Positions 28,476 to 39,759 are shown, counted from the stretch's first letter. The stretch: 64,000 bases of DNA from Abditibacteriaceae bacterium (GCA_965277285.1 OZ255721.1:352001-416000), one strand, 5' to 3'. Translations and numbers: made by a program. The notes: generated from the sequence alone by a model not told the origin.

Positions 28476-29474
28476 CTACTTTTCTGCATCATATTCTTCG
28501 CGCGAACGCGTGAACATTTCGCGGATGACGCGCTCGATTTCGACTTCTTCCACTGCCAAATCTTCGACATCTAAAACGCGCAACGCTTCGCTGACGCGAC
28601 TCGCCACATCGTCGCGCGGCACGGAAAACGAAACGCGTGCGCCTTCGATTTCAAGGTCGTCGCCCAGATTTTCGAGTACTCGTTGTTCGGGAACACGGCG
28701 CAACGTCAAGCGAACGCGACGAAAATCGGCGAAGCGATTCGACAACTCTTCCAAAGCGCCATCAAAAACGCTGCGTCCGTGATCAATCACAATGACACGC
28801 TTGCATAAGGCTTGAATGTCGGCCATGTAATGCGAAGTCAGCAAAACTGTGATGCCAGTTCGTTCATTATAATCGCGCAAGAATTCGCGGATGCGCACCT
28901 GCGAAACCACATCCAAGCCAATCGTCGGCTCATCCAGAAACAAAACTTCGGGCGAATGCAGCAAACTCGCCGCGATTTCGCATTTCATCCTTTCGCCCAA
29001 ACTCAGCTTGCGGACGGGAACTTGAAGATATTCTTTCAAATCGAGCAGTTCGGTCAACTCTTTCACTTTGTCGTCGAAAGCCACGCGCGGAATATCGTAA
29101 ATGTCGCGGTTGAGCAAGAAACTGTCGAGCGCCGGTAAATCCCACCACAACTGGTTTTTTTGTCCCAGCACAAGCGAAAAACGTTTCTGAAAAGCGGCGA
29201 TTCTGTCCCAAGGTTGATAATCGAGTACTCGAATGTGCCCGCTGGTCGGATGCAAGACGCCGGACAAGATTTTCAAGGTCGTAGTTTTGCCCGCGCCATT
29301 TGGCCCCAGAAAACCGACGAACTCGCCTTTTTCTACATTGAACGAAACGTCATCAACGGCGGTTTTGGTGATGTATTGGCGCTTGAACAAACCGCGCAAC
29401 GCGCCACCTAAACCAGGTTGTTTGACGTGCGTTGTAAAGCGGCGCGTGAGGTTACGCACTTCGATTGCAGGCAT
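28476..29474 (-). CDS. ABC-2 type exporter ATP-binding protein
   Basis: GPNGAGKTT, GQKNQLWWDLP, LSLGERMKCEIA, LDEPTIGLD. Confidence 0.92.
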   Translation of the reverse strand: MPAIEVRNLTRRFTTHVKQPGLGGALRGLFKRQYITKTAVDDVSFNVEKGEFVGFLGPNGAGKTTTLKILSGVLHPTSGHIRVLDYQPWDRIAAFQKRFSLVLGQKNQLWWDLPALDSFLLNRDIYDIPRVAFDDKVKELTELLDLKEYLQVPVRKLSLGERMKCEIAASLLHSPEVLFLDEPTIGLDVVSQVRIREFLRDYNERTGITVLLTSHYMADIQALCKRVIVIDHGRSVFDGALEELSNRFADFRRVRLTLRRVPEQRVLENLGDDLEIEGARVSFSVPRDDVASRVSEALRVLDVEDLAVEEVEIERVIREMFTRSREEYDAEK

Positions 29475-29485
29475 GAAAGTGGAGA

Positions 29486-29555
29486 CAGCGAACCCGAAGC
29501 GTCAGCGAGGAAGATAGTTTGGGAAATCTTCCTCTCTGACGCTTCGGGTTCGCTG
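29486..29555. repeat. Hairpin repeat family A
   Basis: CAGCGAACCCGAAGCGTCAGCGAGG...CTGACGCTTCGGGTTCGCTG. Confidence 0.88.
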
Positions 29556-29562
29556 GAGAAAA

Positions 29563-30912
29563 CTAAACGATGCGATTTTCTGCAACGACGGTTTTGAACC
29601 ATTGCGCGCTAAGTTTGGGAGTGCGCTTTTGCGTTTTGAAATCGACGTGGACGATGCCGAAACGCTTGTCGTAGCCTTCCGCCCACTCAAAATTATCCAT
29701 CAGCGACCACAGGAAATAACCTTTGCAATTGAAGCCTTCGTCCACCGCACGATGTAAGCCGATGAGATAATTGCGCACATATTCGCGGCGATCCAGATCG
29801 AGAACTTCGCCTTGTTCGTTCATTTCGTCCGCGCAACATACACCGTTTTCCGTGATGTATGTCGTTTCGACGCCGTAGTTCTCGTGCGCATGGCGAACTG
29901 CCCAATATAAGGTTTGCGGCGCAATGTTGAGCCACGGCAAATCGGCTTGCGGAAATTGTTTGGGAAAAGGCACTCTTTCCGGTTGACCGTTTTTATCGGC
30001 GCGCACAAAGGTACCTGTGTACATATTCAAGCCCAAAAAGTCGGTCGGCGAAGCAATTAATTCCATGTCGCCTTCTTCGATCTTGGGCGCGTCGTCGCCG
30101 ATTTTGGCGAGCCATTCTGAGGGATATTGACCTTTGTAAAGCGGCTCCATCAATTGGCCGTTGAGTGCGCGATCTTCGATGCGTGCCGCTTCGATGTCGT
30201 CTTTGGTTTCGGTCAACGGCAAAGGCGTCGCGGGATTGTTGACGATGCCAACGTGCGCGTTCTTGCCGCCGAATTCGCGCACCACTTGAACCGCGTGACC
30301 ATGCGCCAGCAACGCGTGATGATAACCTTGATTGACTAATTGCGCGCTTTCCGTGCGACCTGGCGCGTGAATTCCGCGCCCGTAACTCAAGCCGATGCAG
30401 CATGGCAATTCATTGAGCGTGAACCAATTTTGAACGCGGTCGCTCAATCGTCGCACCACGATTTCCGCAAAATTGCGAAACGCCCAAACTGTGTCACGGT
30501 TGAGCCAGCCATTGGCGTCTTCCAATTTCTGCGGCAAATCCCAGTGATAAAGCGTAACCCACGGCGTGATATTTTCAGCCAGCAACGCGTCAATCAAGCG
30601 GTCGTAAAAATCCAAACCTTTTTCGTTGATCTGTCCGGTTCCATCCGGCAAAATGCGCGGCCAAGCAACCGAAAGACGATAATTTTGAACACCCAAATGG
30701 TGGCGGATAAGGTAAGCGTCTTCTTTGTAACGATGGTAATGATCGCACGCAATATCCAACGTATCGCCATTGGCAACTTTGCCGGGAACGCGCGAAAATC
30801 TGTCCCAAACGCTTTCGCCTTTGCCATCGTCCCAGGCCGCACCCTCGATTTGCGCCGAAGCCGCCGCCACGCCCCAGACGAAATCATTTGGAAATTGATA
30901 AGAGTTATTCAT
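29563..30912 (-). CDS. GH1 beta-glucosidase
   Basis: FPNDFVWG, DHYHRYKED, TLYHWDLP, TLNE, YITENG, WSLMDNFEW. Confidence 0.95.
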   Translation of the reverse strand: MNNSYQFPNDFVWGVAAASAQIEGAAWDDGKGESVWDRFSRVPGKVANGDTLDIACDHYHRYKEDAYLIRHHLGVQNYRLSVAWPRILPDGTGQINEKGLDFYDRLIDALLAENITPWVTLYHWDLPQKLEDANGWLNRDTVWAFRNFAEIVVRRLSDRVQNWFTLNELPCCIGLSYGRGIHAPGRTESAQLVNQGYHHALLAHGHAVQVVREFGGKNAHVGIVNNPATPLPLTETKDDIEAARIEDRALNGQLMEPLYKGQYPSEWLAKIGDDAPKIEEGDMELIASPTDFLGLNMYTGTFVRADKNGQPERVPFPKQFPQADLPWLNIAPQTLYWAVRHAHENYGVETTYITENGVCCADEMNEQGEVLDLDRREYVRNYLIGLHRAVDEGFNCKGYFLWSLMDNFEWAEGYDKRFGIVHVDFKTQKRTPKLSAQWFKTVVAENRIV

Positions 30913-30980
30913 GCTTTCATTATTGTAGAACGATGCCACCAAATGCAATTAAAGCGATCTCCAAAATGGTAATTCAAATA

Positions 30981-31064
30981 ACGAACCCGCAGCGTGAGCG
31001 ACGGGTTTAATTCACAGTTTCATGTGATTGTGAATTAAGCCCGTCGCTCACGCTCAGGGTTCGT
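30981..31064. repeat. Hairpin repeat family A
   Basis: ACGAACCCGCAGCGTGAGCGACGGG...CCCGTCGCTCACGCTCAGGGTTCGT. Confidence 0.88.
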
Positions 31065-31099
31065 TGTCGGAAATTACTTCGTTGAGTCACTATTAAAAC

Positions 31100-31130
31100 A
31101 GAACGAGTACTCGATTTGAGTACTCGTTCT
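31100..31130. terminator. Hairpin built from two adjacent 12-mer variants, downstream of cysH
   Basis: AGAACGAGTACTC-GATTT-GAGTACTCGTTCT. Confidence 0.65.
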
Positions 31131-31150
31131 TTATTGTGCATGCAATAGTT

Positions 31151-31942
31151 TTAGAAATGAACTGGAGCCGCTTTCTTCTCGACAGGTTTGGAAAAGCGCG
31201 TCAATTTGCCGTCTTCGCCGACGTGCAGACCGCATTCAGTCTTGTCAGTACCAGCCCAGCGACCGGCGCGGTCATCTTCGCCACTTTTTACGGCGCGCGT
31301 GCAAGGCCAGCAACCAATCGACGGAAAACCTTGTTCGTGCAAAGGATTGGTCGGCACATCGTGTGCGCGAACGTAATCCCAAACCTGGTCTTTGCTCCAG
31401 TTCGCCAGAGGATTGACCTTCACCAGATGCGGGAACTTTACGTCCGGCCCGACAATGGGCGCGCCTTTACGTTCGGGCGTTTGGTCGCGGCGAATCGCTG
31501 TAATCCACGCTTGAAAACCACCAAGCGCGTCTTTCAAAGGCACAACTTTGCGAATGTGGCAGCACTGATTCGGGTCGCTGCCATAAATCGGGCCGCCGAA
31601 ACTCGCTTCCATTTGCTCGACACTTTCCTTCGAGGAAACGAAACGAATCGGCAAGCCGTATTTTTCGATGAGTTTTTCGCGTAATTCCAGCGTTTCTGGA
31701 AACTGATAACCGGTATCGAGGTTGAACAAATCGGGCGTGATGCCGGTTTCGTCGCGCAGTTTCGCCAGCATATCGATGATGACGCAGCCTTCAGCACCGA
31801 AAGCTGTGGCCATCGTCAGTTTTTCGCGGTAGGTTTCAAGCGCCCAGCGTAAAACGTCCTGCGGATTCGAGTACTCGAACGAATGGCTGATGCGATTGAG
31901 TTCTTCCAGCCAGCCGATGTCGTCATTAAAAGCAACATTCAT
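31151..31942 (-). CDS. cysH: APS/PAPS reductase (CC + CxxC, Fe-S APS-reductase type)
   Basis: LDTGYQFPET, CCHIRKV.PL, SIGCWPCT, RAGRW, ECGLH. Confidence 0.92.
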   Translation of the reverse strand: MNVAFNDDIGWLEELNRISHSFEYSNPQDVLRWALETYREKLTMATAFGAEGCVIIDMLAKLRDETGITPDLFNLDTGYQFPETLELREKLIEKYGLPIRFVSSKESVEQMEASFGGPIYGSDPNQCCHIRKVVPLKDALGGFQAWITAIRRDQTPERKGAPIVGPDVKFPHLVKVNPLANWSKDQVWDYVRAHDVPTNPLHEQGFPSIGCWPCTRAVKSGEDDRAGRWAGTDKTECGLHVGEDGKLTRFSKPVEKKAAPVHF

Positions 31943-32114
31943 AAAGTCACCAAAGCTAAGCCTACCCAAATGGTAGGCTTTTGCAAACCATCGTTTCCCT
32001 ACGATTAGCAGATTCTCAGGTTTCGCAGTAAAATGAGGCATACGTCAAGTCACACAACAACTCACGTCTAACGAGCGACTGATGAAAAGTTCACGCGCCA
32101 GGAGTTGACACGAA

Positions 32115-32438
32115 ATGCGAAACGGTTACAAAGACAGCGACGACCATGAAAGCGATCTGGAATTTGATGGTATAAACGCCGATGATGCGATGAACGAGGC
32201 GCTCGATGGCGAACCGCGCGCCGCAGAATTGCGACGAATGCGCGCTTTGCTGATCGAACGTCGCGCTCATTTGCTGCACGATTTGAAAGAAGCGGGCGCT
32301 GACGAACAAAAAAAGTTGCGTCGCGCGCTGGAAAAGCTAAACGAGCAGATTAGCGTTCTGGGCGAGGAAGCGAACATCACCGCGTTCGTCGAAGACGCTG
32401 TACGCGTCGGGTTGGAAATGCGAAAACTACAAAATTAA
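32115..32438 (+). CDS. Hypothetical coiled-coil protein
   Basis: AGGAG RBS and host-like codon usage. Confidence 0.65.
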   Translation: MRNGYKDSDDHESDLEFDGINADDAMNEALDGEPRAAELRRMRALLIERRAHLLHDLKEAGADEQKKLRRALEKLNEQISVLGEEANITAFVEDAVRVGLEMRKLQN

Positions 32439-32439
32439 A

Positions 32440-32624
32440 TTCACCGCAGAGAACGCTGAGGACACAGAGAAAAGAAGCGTTTTTCATCGTCGCAGAATTT
32501 TGTCTTTCTGAGCGCAGCGAAAAATCTAACTACAAATAAATTCTTCGCTGCGCTCAGAAAGACAAAATTCTGGTTTCGAGTACTCGATTCCTTCCTCTGC
32601 GCCCTCAGCGTTCTCTACGATGAA
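32440..32624. repeat. Family C hairpin (CACCGCAGAG arms) enclosing a family B hairpin (32493-32572) and a 12-mer (32576)
   Basis: TTCACCGCAGAGAACGCTGAGG...CCTCAGCGTTCTCTACGATGAA. Confidence 0.85.
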
Positions 32625-32638
32625 CTCCAAAGGAAATT

Positions 32639-33778
32639 ATGAAACTTCACGAGTATCAGGCGAAAGAGATTTTTGCGAAATATGGCGTGCCGATTCCCGC
32701 TGGTCGCGTCGCCAGCACGCCCGAAGAAGCCGAAACCATCGCGCGCGAACTGGGTATCACCGTTGTCGTAAAATCGCAGGTTCACGTCGGCGGACGCGGC
32801 AAAGCGGGCGGCATCAAGGTCGCCAAAACGCCCGAAGAAGCCAAAACTGTCGCGTCGCAAATTCTCGGCATGGACATCAAAGGCTTGAAAGTCGAGCAGG
32901 TTTTGGTCGAAGAAGCCGCCGACATCCGCGAAGAATATTACATTGGAATCACGACCGACCGCGCCGCGCGCCGCAACATCGTCATGGTTTCTGCTGCTGG
33001 CGGAATGGAAATCGAGCAAGTCGCGGTCGAGACACCGGAAAAATTGGCAAAATTGCACATTGATCCCGCGATTGGATTGCAGGATTTTCAGATTCGCCAG
33101 CTCGCTTTTGAAGCCAAATTTCCGCCCGCAGTCATCAAGCAAATCGGGCCGTTTTTGAAGGCACTTTATGCGGTTTACGTCGATTACGATTGCAGTCTGG
33201 CCGAAATCAACCCGCTGATTTTGGACGGCGAAGGCAAGCTGATTGGCGCAGACGCCAAGATCGACATTGACGACAACGCGTTGTTCCGCCACAAAGAATT
33301 GGCGCAATTTCAGGAGGCGCAGGAAGACGATCCGATTGAAGCCGAAGCGCACAAGCGCGGCCTGACTTATGTGCGCTTGGAAGGCGATATCGGCATTATC
33401 GGCAACGGCGCCGGCCTGGTGATGACAACGCTCGATGTGGTGCAGCGCGAAGGCGGACGACCGGCGAACTTTCTCGACATCGGCGGCGGCGCCAAAGCCG
33501 AAGTCGTCACCAAAGCGATTGACACGGTTTTGCTCGACAAGAACGTGAAAGGCATTTTCTTCAACATCTTCGGCGGCATCACGCGCGGCGACGAAGTGGC
33601 AAAGGGAATGCTGTCCGCGATTGACACGATGGACATCAACGTCCCAATTGTCGTGCGCTTGACCGGAACACGCGCAGCGGAAGGCTTGGCGCTGCTCGAA
33701 GGCTCGAAACTGACGCCCGCCGCGACGATGCAAGAAGGCGCGCAGAAAATCGTCGCTCTGGTGAATCAAGCCGCTTAA
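32639..33778 (+). CDS. sucC: Succinyl-CoA synthetase beta subunit
   Basis: MKLHEYQAK, GGRGKAGG, EINPL, GNGAGLVMTT.D, PANFLDIGGG, NIFGGI. Confidence 0.95.
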   Translation: MKLHEYQAKEIFAKYGVPIPAGRVASTPEEAETIARELGITVVVKSQVHVGGRGKAGGIKVAKTPEEAKTVASQILGMDIKGLKVEQVLVEEAADIREEYYIGITTDRAARRNIVMVSAAGGMEIEQVAVETPEKLAKLHIDPAIGLQDFQIRQLAFEAKFPPAVIKQIGPFLKALYAVYVDYDCSLAEINPLILDGEGKLIGADAKIDIDDNALFRHKELAQFQEAQEDDPIEAEAHKRGLTYVRLEGDIGIIGNGAGLVMTTLDVVQREGGRPANFLDIGGGAKAEVVTKAIDTVLLDKNVKGIFFNIFGGITRGDEVAKGMLSAIDTMDINVPIVVRLTGTRAAEGLALLEGSKLTPAATMQEGAQKIVALVNQAA

Positions 33779-33827
33779 TCGAGTACTCGATTTGTAATTT
33801 TAGCCTGCGCCGACATTCCAAACGGCT

Positions 33828-34859
33828 ATGAAACAAACAATCTGCCGCAAAACTGTGTGGGTGTCGAGCGCGCTTTTGTTCGCATTCGTTGTGTCATCGC
33901 GTCCTACGACAGAAGCTTCAACTAATGTTGCGACAACCTCAAAGACTGCAGAAGCTAAGCCGTTTCCTTTGCCTGCCGGTCATTTGCTGTCATTTTCAGA
34001 AGATTCGATCGAAACAATTACGGTGACAGATGCTACGGGAACGCGCGTTTTTGAAGTTGAGAACGCGCGTTCGCCCGTACTCAGTCCCGACGGCAAAAAG
34101 CTGGCGTTTGTGCGCCCCGAGTCGTTTTTGACTTCGCAGGGAATGCAGCACCAGAGCGACATTTGGGTGGTGGAATTGGGCGGCGCGCCTTTGCAATTGA
34201 CGAAATCGAGTGACAACGAATATGCTCCGTCGTGGAGTCCGGACGGCAAACGAATCGTTTTTGCGACGCAGCGCGAAGGGAATTTTGGCAACGGTTTGGG
34301 TTTGCTGGAAGTGATAGATTCTGATGGTGCGCATCGTCACGCGATAACTAAGGATGACGGGCCGACGGAACCGGCGTGGAGTCCTGACGGCAAGCAGATC
34401 GCGTTTGTGCTGCATGGCATTTGCCTGATGAACGCGGACGGCAAGAATCGCCATCGCCTGACCAACGATTACAGCGACGCGGAACCGGCGTGGAGTCCCG
34501 ATGGAAAATGGATCGCGTATTCCAGCGGCGAAGACGAAAGCGTCACGACGCGCGACGGGCGCGATGGGCCGATTGATCATTCAACCGACGACATTTACCT
34601 TTTAAGCGCCAATGGACGCAACGGTTCCGGCAAACGCATCACCGATGGGAAATTCGATTATCAAGCGCCGTGCTGGAGCCCTGACGGCGCCTGGATCGTT
34701 TGCGAATCGGACAAAGACGGCGTGCCTTTGCCGGAACCCTCGTATGAAGAAAGCGACAGTCGCGGCCCTTACAATTTGTATGTGATGAAACGCGACGGCA
34801 GCAGTTTTCAACGCATCACAAACAAAGACTCGTCCCGCCAGCACGCAAGTTGGCGCTAA
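33828..34859 (+). CDS. Secreted TolB-like (PD40 repeat) beta-propeller protein
   Basis: Signal peptide; repeated P.WSPDGK.I motifs. Confidence 0.85.
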   Translation: MKQTICRKTVWVSSALLFAFVVSSRPTTEASTNVATTSKTAEAKPFPLPAGHLLSFSEDSIETITVTDATGTRVFEVENARSPVLSPDGKKLAFVRPESFLTSQGMQHQSDIWVVELGGAPLQLTKSSDNEYAPSWSPDGKRIVFATQREGNFGNGLGLLEVIDSDGAHRHAITKDDGPTEPAWSPDGKQIAFVLHGICLMNADGKNRHRLTNDYSDAEPAWSPDGKWIAYSSGEDESVTTRDGRDGPIDHSTDDIYLLSANGRNGSGKRITDGKFDYQAPCWSPDGAWIVCESDKDGVPLPEPSYEESDSRGPYNLYVMKRDGSSFQRITNKDSSRQHASWR

Positions 34860-34877
34860 ACATAAAACCCTGAACGT

Positions 34878-34913
34878 ACAACGCCCACATCGAGTACTCG
34901 ATATGGGCGTTGT
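34878..34913. terminator. Hairpin centred on the 12-mer between convergent genes
   Basis: ACAACGCCCACA-TCGAGTACTCGA-TATGGGCGTTGT. Confidence 0.65.
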
Positions 34914-35036
34914 TATAATCGTGGGTCGTAATTAATTCAAATTGCTACCTAATCAGTGCCTGCGAGTTCACTCGCCGGGCATGGTAGCAACTTGGGTTGT
35001 AATTAACAAGAAAGCGCGAAGCGCTAATTGAAGAAG

Positions 35037-35729
35037 TTAGTAATCAAACTTGAAGCACGAGTTAATCAGCGCTTCCAACGCCTCATATTGCTCATGCACG
35101 ATAGGTCTGACTTTGCCCGTCAGCTTCGTCATAGGAATCTCCCCATTGTTTTTAGCGATTTCCTCTCTGACATGAGCCACTGCATCCGAACGGTCGTAGG
35201 TTTCAGTCAATCGACCTTGGTCGAAAATCAGTTCGCGGATGTGCTCGTACTGCCATACCAACTCTGGCCCGATGGAAGACGGAATGTTCGTGCGGCCTTT
35301 CCCAACAATTAATCCGCCTGTAAATGAAAGCGGAAGATTCACGTTTGAGTAGATGAAGTCGCAGTTGGTTTCTGGATGTGAATCATCAATGAAGACAATC
35401 TGTTTAGTGGTCTTGTCCCAAACAAGCATATCTTCGATAAAATGTGGCGCCTCATATCGCACTGGCTCTTGGCTGTTAAGAAGCGGCGCATTTCGTTTAT
35501 CCACGTTGATTTCCAGTTTTGTAAGAAAAAGAACACCGTTAAGAACGCTGTATATGCAATGGTAGCCGTTCCAACATGCCGTTGAAGCGGCGCCCGTTAC
35601 ATGAAGTCCGAAATCTTCAGGAATAAACAACTTGTCGCCAAACCGCTCTTCAATGCGCCATTTTTCGTCTTCGTAAACCAACGCGTTACGAATTTGGTAT
35701 GTCACTGAAGTCTCCCAAGTAGATGACAA
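35037..35729 (-). CDS. Hypothetical protein (lower GC) directly downstream of lon
   Basis: 230-aa ORF containing STACWNGY; start uncertain. Confidence 0.65.
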   Translation of the reverse strand: MSSTWETSVTYQIRNALVYEDEKWRIEERFGDKLFIPEDFGLHVTGAASTACWNGYHCIYSVLNGVLFLTKLEINVDKRNAPLLNSQEPVRYEAPHFIEDMLVWDKTTKQIVFIDDSHPETNCDFIYSNVNLPLSFTGGLIVGKGRTNIPSSIGPELVWQYEHIRELIFDQGRLTETYDRSDAVAHVREEIAKNNGEIPMTKLTGKVRPIVHEQYEALEALINSCFKFDY

Positions 35730-35731
35730 AC

Positions 35732-38440
35732 TTACTTCGTCGTCTTCTGCAATCGAGTACTTGAATGGTGGCGCACAGTCGTTGCAACCTTCGGTTTCTT
35801 GATCGTTTTCGTGCTTTCTAACAGGGCCAATTTTAACGCTTCGTCCACGTTTTCGATCAGATGAAACTTCAGCGCCGCTTTTACTTCATCGGGCACGTCG
35901 TCCAAATCGCGTTCATTGTCGTGCGGCAAGATTACGTCGCTTAAACCGGCGCGATGCGCGGCCAACACTTTCTCCTTGACGCCGCCAATCGGCAAGACGC
36001 GACCACGCAGCGAAATCTCGCCCGTCATCGCCAAGTCTTTGCGCACAGGACGATTTGTCAAAGCCGAAACCAGAGCGACCGCAATCGCAACGCCTGCGCT
36101 TGGCCCGTCTTTAGGAACTGCGCCCGCGGGAACGTGAATGTGCGCATCGAACGATTTCGTCCAATCGCCGCTACTGCCGATGTCGGTCGCATGAGAGCGC
36201 GCATACGTCATCGCCGCTTCGCACGATTCTTTCATCACATGACCAAGGTTGCCAGTCAATTTAACGCCGCCTTTTCCGGCGACAAGCGCGATTTCAATCG
36301 GCATCAGTTCGCCGCCCGCTTCTGTCCACGCCAAACCTTGCGCGACGCCGATTTCGTCTTTTTCCTGCGCCGTGCCGTGCAAAAACTTGCGCGCGCCGAG
36401 CAATTCGTGCAACGCCTCGGGCGTGATGAGTTTGGAGACTGCAGGCTGCGGACTGGAGGCTTTCTTGCGCCGCGTTCGAGTACTCGATTTGCCATTCAAG
36501 TTCGCGTTTGCAACGTTGCCGTCGGTGGCTGATTGAGCGTCGTTTTCTGCTTCCTGCGTGTTACCTTCTGCCGCCTGATTTTCCGCGACTTCGCGCGCGA
36601 CTTTGCGGCAAACGGTGCCGATTTCACGTTCCAGATTGCGCACGCCGGCTTCGCGCGTATAATCCTGAATCAGTCTGGAAATGCCGTCATCGGCAAATGA
36701 AATATCGTTTTCGCCGATGCCGTTCTCCTTCATCTGCTTGGGCACCAGATATTGGCGCGCAATCGCCGCTTTTTCCGATTCGGTATAGCCTGGAAAACGC
36801 AGCACTTCCAAACGGTCGCGTAACGCAGCCGGAATCGGGTCGAGCAGGTTGGCAGTCGCCACAAACATCACCTGCGACAAATCGAACGGCACTTCCAAAT
36901 AGTGATCGGAAAACGCGTTGTTCTGTTCGGGGTCGAGCGCTTCCAGCAGCGCCGAAGACGGATCGCCGCGAAAATCGCGCCCCAGTTTGTCTATTTCATC
37001 CAGCATGAAAACCGGATTATTGACTTTCACGCGCCGCAACGCCGAAATTATTCGGCCTGGCATCGAACCGATATAAGTGCGACGATGGCCGCGAATTTCG
37101 CTTTCGTCGTGAATGCCGCCGACCGAAACGCGAATGAACTCGCGCCCCAGAGAACGCGCGATAGATTTCCCAATACTCGTTTTGCCGACGCCGGGCGGCC
37201 CGACGAAACACAAAATCGGGCCTTTGGAATTGGGATTCAGCTTGCGCACGGCGAGGAATTCGAGAATGCGATCCTTGATTTTTTCCAGCGCGTAATGGTC
37301 TTCATCGAGTACTCGACTGGCGTGATGCAGGTCGAGAACGTCGCCGCTGCGCTTGTTCCACGGCAGGTCGCACATCAGTTCGACATAAGTGCGAATTACG
37401 GAAACTTCGGGCGCAATCGGCGGCATTTTTTCCAGTCGCTCGACTTCGCTCAAGGCTTTGGCCTGCGCTTCCTCGGGCATTTGTGCCGCTTCGATTTTCT
37501 GTCGCAACTGGTCGGCTTCTTTGAAAGACGAATCGCCGCCCGCGCCCAATTTGTCCTGAATAGCGCGCAAACGCTCGCGCAAAAAGTATTCGCGCTGACT
37601 GTCGCCGACGCCTTCGCGCACCTGAGAATCGAGTTCCTTGTCGAGTTCTAAAACCTGCAACTCGTGCGTCAACAAGCCTGTGACGTGGCGCGCGCGCTCA
37701 ATCGGCGACAAGGTTTCCAGCGCGGTTTGACGTTCCTCAACTGACACTTCCAGGTAGCTGACAACGAGATCGGCCAAGGCGCCCGGCGTGTCGTGGGTTT
37801 GTGCGCCTTGCGCGGCTTCGGGCGGAATGGTGCGCGAAAGTCCGACAGCGGTTTCAAAGTCTTGGCGCAAGCGGCGCGTCAAGGCTTCGCTTTCCGGCGA
37901 TGGCTCGAAAGTTTCTTCGACAACGATTTCGGCTTGCGCGAGGAAATGCGGGTCTTCGTTCGAGTACTCGATGACGCGCGCGCGGCTGCGGCCTTCCACG
38001 ACGACGCGAACGTTGCCGTCCGGCATCTTCATCATTTGCACGATTTCGCACAAGGTGCCGAAAGTGAACAAATCGCCCGCCACGGGTTCTTCGATATTTT
38101 CATCGCGCTGCGAAACCAGCAAAATGTTCTTGTCGCCTTCGTGCGCCGCTTCCAGCGCTTTGATCGACTTTTCGCGCCCGACAAAAAGCGGCAAAACCAT
38201 GAATGGAAACGCGACCATGCCACGCGTTGGCACGACCGGCAACGTCAAAATTGCGGAAGGTTCAGGTTTGGCCGCGTGGTTTTTTCTTTTGGAACGCGTC
38301 GCGCTTTTGTGCGCCGTCTTGGTCGTATTTTTCGCTTTGGCCATCGTCGCGGAAGAAGTCTGGGAACGGGACGTGGAACGAGTTGTTTTCGGTCGCGCCG
38401 CAGCGGGCGCCGTTTTATTTTGAGAACGAGTAGTAGCCAT
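35732..38440 (-). CDS. lon: Lon protease (endopeptidase La)
   Basis: [45 protein letters not shown]. Confidence 0.96.
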   Translation of the reverse strand: MATTRSQNKTAPAAARPKTTRSTSRSQTSSATMAKAKNTTKTAHKSATRSKRKNHAAKPEPSAILTLPVVPTRGMVAFPFMVLPLFVGREKSIKALEAAHEGDKNILLVSQRDENIEEPVAGDLFTFGTLCEIVQMMKMPDGNVRVVVEGRSRARVIEYSNEDPHFLAQAEIVVEETFEPSPESEALTRRLRQDFETAVGLSRTIPPEAAQGAQTHDTPGALADLVVSYLEVSVEERQTALETLSPIERARHVTGLLTHELQVLELDKELDSQVREGVGDSQREYFLRERLRAIQDKLGAGGDSSFKEADQLRQKIEAAQMPEEAQAKALSEVERLEKMPPIAPEVSVIRTYVELMCDLPWNKRSGDVLDLHHASRVLDEDHYALEKIKDRILEFLAVRKLNPNSKGPILCFVGPPGVGKTSIGKSIARSLGREFIRVSVGGIHDESEIRGHRRTYIGSMPGRIISALRRVKVNNPVFMLDEIDKLGRDFRGDPSSALLEALDPEQNNAFSDHYLEVPFDLSQVMFVATANLLDPIPAALRDRLEVLRFPGYTESEKAAIARQYLVPKQMKENGIGENDISFADDGISRLIQDYTREAGVRNLEREIGTVCRKVAREVAENQAAEGNTQEAENDAQSATDGNVANANLNGKSSTRTRRKKASSPQPAVSKLITPEALHELLGARKFLHGTAQEKDEIGVAQGLAWTEAGGELMPIEIALVAGKGGVKLTGNLGHVMKESCEAAMTYARSHATDIGSSGDWTKSFDAHIHVPAGAVPKDGPSAGVAIAVALVSALTNRPVRKDLAMTGEISLRGRVLPIGGVKEKVLAAHRAGLSDVILPHDNERDLDDVPDEVKAALKFHLIENVDEALKLALLESTKTIKKPKVATTVRHHSSTRLQKTTK

Positions 38441-38527
38441 GAATTGAACCGTGCAGTCTATCAAAAAATATACCAATCCTTCTTGCACGGTTTTCGCTTT
38501 TCTTCGTTACAAGACATACTTATCAGC

Positions 38528-38977
38528 ATGAACGTTGATTTGAAGAGTTTTATTAAGGGCGGATTGTTCGGCTCCATTGATTTAGGCACAAGTCGCGCGG
38601 TTATAGAGCAACTTATTGGCTCGCCCGATTCTTGGAGCGCTCAAGTTTGCACTTATGAAACAGCGGAGATTTGGAAATATGGCGACATCGAGTTTTATTT
38701 TCGAGACGATGTGCTCTGGCTAATCTTCTTCGATGGATTCAAAGATCTTAGCGCCGGAAGCAAAATAATTTTAGATGTGTGGATCTGCAGCGAGCATCTG
38801 ACTTGTGCTCAAGCTGCGCGGCATTTATCGAATGCGGAGCTTTCTTTCCAAAAAGCGCTTTTGCATGACTATAACAGCGTTCATCTCACAACAAGTGCGG
38901 GAACCATTCTGGTTTTTTCTGGCGTAGATGAAAAGCAAGCGCCTTTGCAATCGGTTTCTCGAAGGCTTGATTATTAA
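38528..38977 (+). CDS. Hypothetical protein (lower GC)
   Basis: 3' part of ORF 37793-38977 starting at ATG 38528 (MNVDLKSFIKGG...IWKYGDIEFYF). Confidence 0.65.
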   Translation: MNVDLKSFIKGGLFGSIDLGTSRAVIEQLIGSPDSWSAQVCTYETAEIWKYGDIEFYFRDDVLWLIFFDGFKDLSAGSKIILDVWICSEHLTCAQAARHLSNAELSFQKALLHDYNSVHLTTSAGTILVFSGVDEKQAPLQSVSRRLDY

Positions 38978-38983
38978 AAATAA

Positions 38984-39022
38984 AAAAGCATCGAGTACTC
39001 AAATTGAGTACTCGATGCTTTT
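38984..39022. terminator. Bidirectional terminator made of two inverted 12-mer variants
   Basis: AAAAGCA-TCGAGTACTCAA-A-TTGAGTACTCGA-TGCTTTT between convergent genes. Confidence 0.8.
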
Positions 39023-39051
39023 GGTTTCAAAACGAAAGTTGAAACGAAGAT

Positions 39052-39519
39052 TTAATAGCGTTCGCGCTTTTGGCCGCCGCGACTTCCGCCGCCACCGCCG
39101 CCACTGCTGCGTCCGCCGCCACCGCCGCCGTAGCCGCCGCCTCCGCCATAGCTTCCACCGCCGCCACCGCCGCCGTAGCTTCCGCCACCGCCGCCGTAAC
39201 CGCCGCCTCCGCCACCGCTGCGACGTGCGCCGCCACCGCCACCAAATCCGCCACCGCCGCCGCCACGCTCTTCACGTGGACGTGCTTCGTTGACGGCCAG
39301 GGCGCGACCGTTCAATTCGTAGCCGTTGAACATGTCAATGGCTTTTTGCGCTTCTTCATCGGTCGCCATTTCGACGAAACCGAAACCTTTGCTTTGTCCC
39401 GTGTCGCGGTCGCTGATGACAGCCGCCGAATCCACTGTTCCCGCCTGCGAAAACAACTGCTGCAGGTCATCATCCATCGTGCTGTAGGGCAAGCTGCCTA
39501 CGAATAACCGTTTTCCCAC
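39052..39519 (-). CDS. RRM RNA-binding protein with Gly-rich tail
   Basis: RNP2 LFVGSL, RNP1 KGFGFVEM, VNEARPRE, GGGY repeats; GTG start behind GAGGAG. Confidence 0.93.
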   Translation of the reverse strand: MGKRLFVGSLPYSTMDDDLQQLFSQAGTVDSAAVISDRDTGQSKGFGFVEMATDEEAQKAIDMFNGYELNGRALAVNEARPREERGGGGGGFGGGGGARRSGGGGGGYGGGGGSYGGGGGGGSYGGGGGYGGGGGGRSSGGGGGGSRGGQKRERY

Positions 39520-39759
39520 TTCTCTCTCCTCACTCGGCTTCATCAGCCTGAACCGCGAAACTGAATTTTTTCGGGTTCCTCGTAACAAACGTTTTCCAAG
39601 TCTCTTTCGAGTACTCGATGCGCTTGTTTTCGTTCCTTCGCAGACCTTTCAATCTTTCGCGCGGGAACTTCTCTCTGCCCGAACTTTCTTGCTCGAGGCA
39701 GAACCGCGAGTGTATCACATATCGTGCCGCGATTCGTGACACAATGCCAAAAACGCACT

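Noticed and set aside
39075..39265. (CCG)n-rich tract as a separate repeat element or Ala-rich ORF
   Set aside because: Explained by the Gly-rich tail of the RRM protein
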